Below are positions 1 to 6,368 of a stretch of 6,368 bases of DNA, in pieces. The position numbers and the translations under genes are program-made. The notes under the pieces were generated by a model, which searched no databases, was not told the origin of the DNA, and saw only the letters and a list, made by a program, of their open reading frames with translations. This DNA comes from Tubiluchus corallicola (taxonomy: Eukaryota > Animalia > Priapulida). The DNA lies in NCBI GenBank assembly GCA_030141605.1, contig JAQGDQ010002251.1, positions 1 through 6,368 of the forward strand, in the 5' to 3' direction. Each line of letters starts with the position of its first letter. The first letter of the stretch is position 1.

Positions 1-1154
1 CAATATCAACAGCTACTCCACCATTGTTAACAGGAACAGTGCAGCTGCTTAATACTATAACAAGTGCTACAGTTTCACTAACAACAAGACCGATACTTCT
101 CACTGCTAGTGCACCACCAGTACCAGAAGCTGTATCAACAACTCGAGCCCCACACATGCCTGGTGCAGCATTTACAACTGCAGGTTTTCAAACAATACCT
201 GAAGCAGTAACAACATCAACAGCAATTTCATTAATGCCAGGTGCTGCAGTTTCAACTAGTGGATTACCATCAGTGCCAAGTCCTGCTGTGCCATCAACAA
301 TTAATGAAATTCTATCAGTATCAGAAGCTGTGCCAAGAACAACACCGTCGGCTCCGGGACTAACACTAATAACTCCTGAATCACTAGCAGTACCAGAAGC
401 AATTTCAACAGCTGTTGAATTACTACCATCAGGTGCTATATCAACAACTGTTGGTGTCCCATCAATGCCAGCAGCACCATCACCAACAGCTGGTCCAGTA
501 GCTGCACCAGCAACCATTGTACCAGGAGCAACATCTATAACGGCTGTCCCTGTACCTCCGCTAGAAGTAACCACAGTTATTGGACTGCCACCAGCACCAG
601 GAGAACAAGCTACAACTGCTAATCCTGTACCAATGCCAGAAGCTATAACAACATTGGCTCCACTATCTACAGCTCAAACATCTGTTTTATTGCTTCCTAC
701 GACAAAAAAAGTGTTGTCTTTACAAAGTTTTTTTGAAGCTTTAGGACCTGTTAATAAACCCCATTTTCCTCTTTTGCCTTACCCTTCCCCCGCAATAGTC
801 ACCTCTGAAGTGCCACCAATCTCACTGCCTACCGGACCAGAAGAAGCATTGACTTCTACTCCTCCCAAAATTAGTTTTTCAGTTCCTGATGAGTGTAACA
901 AGATTGATGGCAAACCTGACATCAGAGATGTTCCAAATAACATTCTTTTGGGAAGTGATGGAAAAATTCTGTCTGAAGCAGTGAAAAATGGAGTTATTTT
1001 CAAGAGGAGTGACCTGAGAAATAGCCAATCATATTTACAAATAAGCTTGAAGCATATTTCACAAACTGTGCAGTATGTTCAATTAGGTGGAACCGTTGAT
1101 GATGTGTATGTGTTGTATAGCTACGATGGCATAAACTTCGAATCCCTGCAACAG
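1..1154 (+). CDS. Partial internal coding exon of a mucin-like extracellular protein (PTS-rich stalk followed by a discoidin-like domain); the exon starts upstream of the window
   Basis: The frame is open from base 3 (ATA TCA ACA GCT ACT CCA CCA TTG = ISTATPPL), so the TTG at 24 in the ORF track is not a real start. It has strong P/T/S/A/V bias with NCA/NCT codons. It ends at CAG|GTATGA (1152-1160), a good 5' splice site in phase 0, after which the sequence becomes abruptly AT-rich and stop-rich. Confidence 0.85.
120..660 (+). repeat. Degenerate coding tandem repeat, ~39 bp / 13 aa, unit roughly [VMI]P[EG]A[VIA][ST]T
   Basis: Unit starts: 120 VPEAVSTT, 156 MPGAAFTT, 195 IPEAVTTS, 234 MPGAAVST, 273 VPSPAV, 318 VSEAVPRT, 351 APGLTL, 390 VPEAISTA, 426 PSGAISTT, 465 MPAAPSPT, 519 VPGATSIT, 594 APGEQATT, 633 MPEAITT. 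Many spacings are exactly 39 nt. Confidence 0.75.
894..1154 (+). other. N-terminal part of a divergent F5/8 type C (discoidin / galactose-binding-like) domain
   Basis: It begins with Cys (TGT 894). SYLQISL (1029-1049) resembles WLQVDL, VQYVQLGG resembles VTGVATQG, and VYVLYSYDGINF (1104-1139) resembles FxVxYSxDGxxW. The motifs are in the correct order and spacing. By-eye match only. Confidence 0.6.
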
Positions 1155-1160
1155 GTATGA
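1155..1160 (+). other. 5' splice donor (phase 0), start of a large intron
   Basis: CAG|GTATGA falls at a codon boundary, and the in-frame TGA lies inside the donor hexamer. Composition shifts immediately downstream. Confidence 0.8.
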
Positions 1161-1369
1161 ATGCTAGTGCATATTTATATTGATTGAATTTTCTCTACAG
1201 CTTCAAAATTAGCATTTTTGTCTTTCAAATTTTTAGAACAGAAACTGTGTTGGCATTATAAAGTTGGTATTTTATGATTTTTAAACATTCTGAGAATTTA
1301 TTTATCAATCTGAGAAAAACTGTGTGAAAATCAAATTAACATAAGAAGCAATTGACTGTTGCGTCAAGT

Positions 1370-1840
1370 TTAGTAATTCAGTGGCCTTGCGGAGCGAAGG
1401 TTTGTTGCTCAGTGGATTTGTTTTCAACAAAAATTAAACAAAAAATCGCCTGTGTACCACTTGCAAAAGTGTGAGCAAACTCTGTGAGACCCTAAAATCC
1501 AAAAATGCCACCAGCAGGCATTTTGGAAATTATCAAAGATTATACTATTTATCTATTGCACTGTACTATACTATAAGTTATTTCGTCTACAAAGTTGCAT
1601 AATACATGATTTCTGGGACAACTGGAGTCAAGGAATTCATATTTGATGTCGTTTTTATAATTGAGCTACTTTTGTCTTTCAAATCCAAAATGAATGACGT
1701 CAATCATTTTGGATTTTATGTTTTTAAGTGGTTTGGCCATGTAAGCCTGCATGGTATTTGGGGCCGAAAAATTCATATCTGATGTCGTTCTGATAATTTT
1801 TTCTATTTTTGACTTTTACGTCCAAGAGGCTGACCGATTT
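1370..1840. mobile_element. Decayed interspersed repeat with internal subunits and palindromes (non-autonomous DNA element; MITE or Helentron/HINE-like; boundaries uncertain)
   Basis: There is a small hairpin CCTTGC-GGA-GCGAAGG near 1385-1400. Two related hairpins follow: TCCAAAAATGCC..GGCATTTTGGA (1498-1527) and AAATCCAAAATGA..TCATTTTGGATTT (1681-1716). A direct repeat ATTCATAT(T/C)TGATGTCGTT(T/C)T(T/G)ATAATT occurs at 1635 and 1771 (136-bp period). Confidence 0.45.
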
Positions 1841-1861
1841 TTGTACTTGGTTAAGTCATTT

Positions 1862-1934
1862 ATTCGAAGTTAATGAAATCTCTGTTTATGCTAAACTGTG
1901 AACAGTTTAATTGCAAACAAACTGCAAAACTACA
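1862..1934 (-). mobile_element. Possible continuation of the pogo-like transposase fossil on the other side of the LINE
   Basis: After removing 1935-3465, the minus frame continues ...IFDVVLQFVCN*TVHSLA*TEISLTSN. This resembles pogo-type LRxxxNYxxxxI(G/A)NMDE(V/T)PLTF. Confidence 0.3.
1928..1934 (+). repeat. Left copy of candidate target-site duplication AACTACA
   Basis: It ends exactly one base before the first RT-like codon (1935). An identical 7-mer lies at 3459-3465, just after the LINE tail. Confidence 0.55.
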
Positions 1935-3264
1935 AAGACCTGCGATGTCTAATGCAAAGGTGTGATATTTAAATTAACCCAGCTGGGCTCAGTGGTCACT
2001 TACTGTGTTGGTTATAGCTTCTTATTTATCTGATTGTAATCAACAAGTAATTTTAGGAGGTATCGCATCAGATTCTTTGCCCCTGGCTGCTGAGGTCTAA
2101 ATTCCGACCTGGATACCTTGCAACACTGGGCTGGCTTATGGTGTGTTATCTTTAATTCACAGAATACTAAAGTAATACTTTTCTCTCCCAAATTTCAGCA
2201 ACGTCATCATTTGACACTTTGTCTTAATAATATTATGTTAAAACACGTTGACTCCCACAAGCGTCTGGGGATATATTTTAGATGTGATATAAAATGGAAA
2301 CAACACGTAAATGAAATCATTGCAGCAGTTCGGCCAAAACTAAAAGTTCTAGCCACTTTACTGCTGTGTTCAAATTGTGAATCTTTGTTTAAAACTATTA
2401 TTTTAACCACTTTGGAAAATACAGTAATATTATACGGCACTGATGATCGTAATGTTGAATGTTTGATTGACAATGTTCAGTTAAGTGTTACTCACATATG
2501 TACTGATGCTATGTCAGGTTCCAATCATTGAAACATTTTTTCGAAGCAGGACTGGATCCATTTTTAAGTGCTTCCAATATTTCCATTTATGTACGTTATA
2601 TAAAATCGCTAGTCATTTGCATCTAAAGTGCCTGTTTCACAGGGATATTATGAGTTTCCTGTATAAGGGACATTATACACTATATATTACCTGTATACAT
2701 TACATCCAGTACGTAACAGTAAAAAAAAATTTTAACTATGCCTGTCATTCAACAGCTTTTTCTAATTCTCTTTTTCTCGCATCATTTAAGTGCTGGAATA
2801 ATTTACCTCTTGATATCTGTAATCCAAACTCTTTAAGCATTTCTAAATTTTGACTAAAGAATCGCATATGTTTTAATAAGCGACGTACTTTTTCTCAAGT
2901 TGTACTCGAAATTCATCCGTACACCATACTAAAATGTGAGTTGGTTTCTGCGAATTTAATCAAGATTTATACCTCAGAAATGTAAAAATTACGATGGATC
3001 GCTGCATGTCATACATCTACTTGTCAAAATGGTTTTACTTATGAAACAGTTGGTCATTACTTTATTAGCTGCCTTCTAGAGCACCAAGCCAAACATATAT
3101 TTATTTGCAAATCTCTGTGCTCTTTTGTCAGTTTTTAACATAATTTATTTACAGTCTGGCAACAAAAGAACTTGTACTTCTGTTAAGGCCACCCTACCCT
3201 AGTGTGAACTCACATTTTTGTATTAGTGCAGTCTTTTATTGCAAACACTAAGCATTTTAAATAA
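1935..3264 (+). pseudogene. Disrupted reverse transcriptase ORF2 remnant of the LINE
   Basis: It carries multiple stops (e.g. TAA 1950-1952, TGA 2529-2531) and frameshifts. The PQGS and (F/Y)ADD motifs are absent at the 2097 junction. Confidence 0.85.
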
Positions 3265-3458
3265 TTTTAAGTATTTTTACTCTTCTTACACAGTTTGTTT
3301 ATAATTATTGCAACACTTGTACACTATTGCAGTCACTATTGTTCTGCATCTGTCTAGCGTTTCGCTTCTACTAGGGGAGAACATACATGAGTTGCCAAAC
3401 TGTCTGCTTCACACCTGGTTTGCCAAATTACATCTTCAATGAAATTATGTTTAAACCC
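1935..3458 (+). mobile_element. 5'-truncated, decayed non-LTR retrotransposon (CR1/L2 group): 3' half of ORF2 plus 3' UTR
   Basis: Ordered ORF2 motifs are readable across frameshifts and stops. KTCDV*CKGVIFKL (1935-1976) resembles KAFDxVWHxGLxxKL; SYLSDCNQQVILGG..LAAEV ends at 2097; then LNSDLDTLQHWAGLWCVIFNSQNTK, VDSHKRLGIYF..KWKQHV, HLCTLYKI, CWNNLPLDI..SLSISK, HTKM*VG..NQDL, CCHC knuckle (3007-3072) and HIFVLVQSFIANTKHFK* (3211-3264). The tail ends CAATGAAATTATGTTTAAAC (~3437-3456). ORF-track ORFs 2118-2531 and 2485-2853 are fragments of this element. Confidence 0.88.
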
Positions 3459-3465
3459 AACTACA
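3459..3465 (+). repeat. Right copy of candidate target-site duplication AACTACA
   Basis: It follows ...ATGTTTAAACCC at the inferred LINE 3' end and matches 1928-1934. Confidence 0.55.
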
Positions 3466-4020
3466 TCAAATATGCACTGTGTTAGTAGAACTTCCCTGAC
3501 GCACTGTAGGTAATCTGGGACATGTGATTCAAATGTGAGCAAAACAGCAATTGATATACAAACCTGTTCTAAAAACTAGATACATGGACAGCTCACGCTA
3601 GTCACCACTTTTGATGTTCACACTTGTGCATGATGAGACTCAGCATTCATGGCTAAAGCAAGGGCTTCTTTGTTTAAATTTGGTGTATTTTGATATTTTG
3701 GCAATAACTTAACCTGCTCAATGCAGAGTATGAACAATTGCTCTTTTTTTAAATCCTGGTCTTCATATTTTGCTCTTTTCACCGTCACTACTGCTGTCAT
3801 CGTTCATTAACTAACAAACATCCAATTGCTGGCACAAGCGGAAACAATGTGGCATACTGACTGGCACTTCCCATTCAAGTTTTTTGAGTCATTGCCAATG
3901 TGGGATGGATGTTCTGCTAGAGGTTAACGAACCTGATAATATAAGCTGTAGTTCGTTCTTTCCATGTAGTAAACCAACATGCCATGAAATTGTAGACGGA
4001 TCATACTCCACTTTTTAGCT
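3466..4020 (-). mobile_element. Possible highly decayed pogo/Tigger (CENP-B HTH) DNA transposase fossil, N-terminal part
   Basis: Minus strand 4019-3982 reads AKK-GV-DPSTISW across frameshifts (HTH-like). 3779-3651 reads KRAKYEDQDLKKEQLFILCIEQ...NLNKEALALA, resembling KYxxLExxLxxWxxxQR...IxxKALxLA. 3530-3466 reads ESHVPDYLQCV.., resembling SQKLPxDY. The match is weak and by eye. Confidence 0.35.
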
Positions 4021-4318
4021 TATGCTAATTGGATGCTGCAGCTAGGCTACAGGACATGGTTATGGCTGCACTGTTAGTATAAATTTTGAAGAGAAAAACG
4101 TCTTTATATATACTTCTACTTTGCAGACAGTAGTTTGTCTGTTTCTGAATGCATGAAAGGGTAGACCTCAGGTTAAGTGATGTCTCCAAGTCACAGTATA
4201 TGATGTCACTTTTCACCAGACCTACTTGAGTTTCAACTATTTCTTTGCAAGATTCTACAGTCTTAATTAACCATTAACTTGTTGAACTTCAGCAACATCA
4301 GAAATTTTAGGGAAAATA

Positions 4319-4351
4319 TTTTGCTGAATATGTGAGTGTTTTGCTGAATAT
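4319..4351 (+). repeat. 13-bp direct repeat TTTTGCTGAATAT x2, 20-bp period
   Basis: Exact copies at 4319-4331 and 4339-4351. Confidence 0.8.
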
Positions 4352-5025
4352 TGACTGAGCTCATCATGCTTGGCGCTGAAAGGAAGGTATCTCGTTGAAC
4401 AGAGTGATGTGGCATGCATGCATGTGGTGTGAAAAAGTGATAGTGCAGATTTATTCAGTTAATCACTCAATGATGTAAAATAATCAACAACAATCAATTA
4501 TAGAATGATGCACACTGCTACCATAACATAAAATATAATAATAACTGGCTTGCATTCTGCCTCAATCATAAAAATTAATGGAGGGAAAAATCTATTACCC
4601 TCATTTAGAGTATCATACAGCTATGTGATATTGCACACAGAATTCGCTGTGACATTCCATGCAAGTTTGGTTTTGCACTTCATTATGAACGTAGTAAATA
4701 TTTTGCCTTGGTGGGAATTAAATGCCACATTATTTGTTTTGCTGCAGAGAATAAACAACCACAGGGTTTCAGAGCTGTTCTTTCTGCATTCTTTAATAAC
4801 AGTAAAAATACGCTTCTATTTTACAATTTTACAACTTCTTCGCTTCTGAGATAACAGGAGGTACATTTTTACTACCTGCCATCCTGTGACTAAACAAATG
4901 CGCTAAGCATTACATATGTATTTTCAGGGATGGCATCATATGGTCAAGAAGATTTTTTTCGCTTCAACGTATAAGCCTTCTCAGTGAATTTATATAGGCA
5001 CAAACTACAGCATACAGATGATATG

Positions 5026-5060
5026 CAATGACAAATACAATAACAATAACAATACAATGA
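5026..5060 (+). repeat. Short degenerate microsatellite (ACAATA)n
   Basis: Three perfect ACAATA units at 5037-5054, with CAATGA variants on both sides. Confidence 0.6.
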
Positions 5061-5530
5061 CGTATCTTGGCCAGCAGCAAGGAACTTATTCCCCAAACAA
5101 CTAACTGCCTGCTGGTCCATGTTATATTGAAGCGAGTACGAGAATCACTAAAAAGCTTATACGTACACAAAGTTTGATACGCATAGTAGAACAATTAAAA
5201 GTAGAATAACAGAACTGCAAGGAAATCACCAGGGCTGGAAAATCTTACCGGACTAGTGGACGTAGTCCGTGGGACACTTCTGGCAGAGGGACACAAATTT
5301 TTTCTTGAAGTATTTTTTCTCAAAATTTTAACAGCAAAAGTTTCGATTCTTTTTCTCTTATTTAGTAAAAACAACAAAACTATTCCACATTCTAATTCTC
5401 ATCGAAGTTACAATGTAATTATTACTTGAGATAATATTCTTTCTACGCGCCTGCATATGCTGCAATTTGTCCCGTCACACTCCAAAACTTGGAAACGTAC
5501 CAGCGGCAGAACGCGCAAGTGTAATGTGTG

Positions 5531-5660
5531 TGCATAATAATTATGCAGTAACCGTTATATTATAGTAGCGATATCGTTCTATAAATAGGCTTGCTGCCTT
5601 AAAGATAAAATATTTTGCTTTTTGCAGCTGCCCAGTTAACGTTCCAAGCTTCACCAATCG
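5531..5660 (+). promoter_or_regulatory. Cluster of promoter-like motifs (POU/homeodomain-type palindrome, TATA/MEF2-consensus box, CCAAT)
   Basis: TGCATAAT-A-ATTATGCA at 5531-5547; CTATAAATAG at 5579-5588; CCAATCG at 5654-5660. CpGs are locally more frequent from ~5445. Motif presence only. Confidence 0.25.
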
Positions 5661-6076
5661 GCAGTATTAAAATTCCCTTCATAATAAGTGTTGTTTTTTG
5701 ACTCATTGACTTGTGGCTGACTCCAAATTGTACAGTTATAGTTACCGTAGCAACTGGTCTTGCCACCTAGTCACCAACCAGTACAAGTCTTGTGCTAATA
5801 TCTTAAAAACTTCACCGTTTACGTACTTTTTGGCACTCCTTCAATAGTTAAATAACGTCAGAAAAAAACAGTGCTTAGATGGGTGAGATATTTTGCAGAA
5901 TTATTGTTTGAAGTTGTGTCCTAACAAAGTGATAGAACCTCTTTTGCTAAACAAAATAAAGAGCTTCTTTTTAGCATAGTTCCACGAAATATTATCTAAC
6001 AGTATTTAAGATAAGGAAAAATTATATTGCTAAGCATCACAGCTTTAAATCACTTTACTACACGTGTTCTTGACAG

Positions 6077-6173
6077 GTATATAATCTACTAATTATTACT
6101 ACTATGAGTGAGTGTGTAACAATAACTGAAATAATGTGTGAAGACAGCAATTGCGTTAGCAATGGAAATACTT
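6077..6173 (+). CDS. Candidate 97-bp exon (phase 0 to phase 1): VYNLLIITTMSECVTITEIMCEDSNCVSNGNT
   Basis: The acceptor is GTGTTCTTGACAG| (AG 6075-6076) and the donor is a perfect |GTAAGT (6174-6179). Only the phase-0 frame is open, as the other two hit TAA within five codons. This is compatible with the phase-0 donor at 1154. Confidence 0.33.
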
Positions 6174-6368
6174 GTAAGTTGTGAAAATTCTAATAAAATT
6201 GACGTTTTAGAAGTCCAACTTTTCAAATCTTCATGTGACACATTGCCGCAACCACACCCTCTCACCCAGCAACTATTTCAATGCTAAATATTTCTATAAA
6301 AAGGTCTGGGCTTGGTCTATCACCAACTGTTAGTCCCTGGGACATTTGTAGAATTTTCTGCTGTTGGA

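Larger units (their letters stand above)
5230..6366. mobile_element. Candidate non-autonomous TIR DNA transposon (hAT-like ends)
   Basis: The left end CAGGGCTGGAAAATCTTAC and the right end GTAGAATTTTCTGCTGTTG match 11/19 ungapped as an inverted repeat. A subterminal motif is shared: TAGTCCGTGGGACACTT (5263-5279) and TAGTCCCTGGGACATTT (6331-6347), 15/17 identical and quasi-palindromic. The left flank is GAAATCAC, and the two visible right-flank bases are GA. Confidence 0.42.

Noticed and set aside
188-574. 128-aa minus-strand ORF
   Set aside because: It is an antisense shadow of the biased mucin codons; the G/V/A/T/D-rich product mirrors the CCA/ACA/GCA/TCA usage.
779-1003. 74-aa minus-strand ORF
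   Set aside because: It lies antisense within the main exon and has no recognisable motif.
24-1160. Complete single-exon 378-aa gene as given in the ORF track
   Set aside because: The frame is open upstream of the TTG, there is no signal peptide, and the stop lies within a splice-donor consensus that cuts a domain.
1494-1800. CRISPR-like array of palindromic repeats
   Set aside because: There are only two or three divergent copies with 136-187 bp spacing, no cas genes, and the context is eukaryotic.
1892-1909. 8-bp inverted repeat TAAACTGT-GA-ACAGTTTA
   Set aside because: It is short and AT-rich with only a 2-nt spacer, so it is plausibly chance. It is not a terminator in this eukaryotic context.
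2207-2473. 88-aa minus-strand ORF
   Set aside because: It is antisense to the LINE remnant.
2118-2853. Two functional genes, or a prokaryotic RT system (retron, DGR, group II intron)
   Set aside because: Both ORFs are frameshifted pieces of one eukaryotic LINE ORF2 lacking the catalytic motif. There are no msr/msd, TR/VR or operon features.
4025-4216. 63-aa minus-strand ORF
   Set aside because: It has a GTG start and no recognisable domain; at most it is part of the decayed element.
4900-4987. Acceptor TATTTTCAG| at 4927 as the next host exon, plus an 8-bp inverted repeat TGCCATCC/GGATGGCA (4877-4884 / 4928-4935)
   Set aside because: The phase-0 reading GWHHMVKKIFFASTYKPSQ* has no discoidin motif and no strong donor before the stop. 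The inverted repeat is too short to interpret.
4550-5377. ORFs 4550-4849 (+), 4964-5194 (-) and 5195-5377 (-)
   Set aside because: They have non-ATG starts and F/L/I/K-rich products typical of chance ORFs in AT-rich DNA. The apparent hydrophobic VIVIVFVI stretch is the translated microsatellite.

Overview
This looks like AT-rich eukaryotic (probably invertebrate animal) genomic DNA, not a prokaryotic locus. Bases 1-1154 are the 3' part of a large + strand coding exon. It encodes a Pro/Thr/Ser-rich mucin-like stalk built from degenerate 13-aa (39-bp) repeats, then the first part of a divergent F5/8 type C (discoidin)-like domain, and ends at a phase-0 donor (CAG|GTATGA). The rest is most likely intron filled with transposon fossils. 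These are: a palindrome-rich repeat (~1370-1840); a 5'-truncated, decayed CR1/L2-group LINE (1935-3458) with its RT catalytic core deleted, a C-terminal CCHC knuckle and a candidate AACTACA target-site duplication; a probable older minus-strand pogo/CENP-B-type transposase fossil that the LINE appears to split; and a possible TIR element (5230-~6366) containing promoter-like motifs and a 97-bp exon-like segment. I found no RNA genes, CRISPR arrays or convincing new biological system. The most interesting signals are the nested-insertion reconstruction, the core-deleted LINE and the mucin-discoidin architecture. All homology calls are by-eye motif recognition, not database searches.
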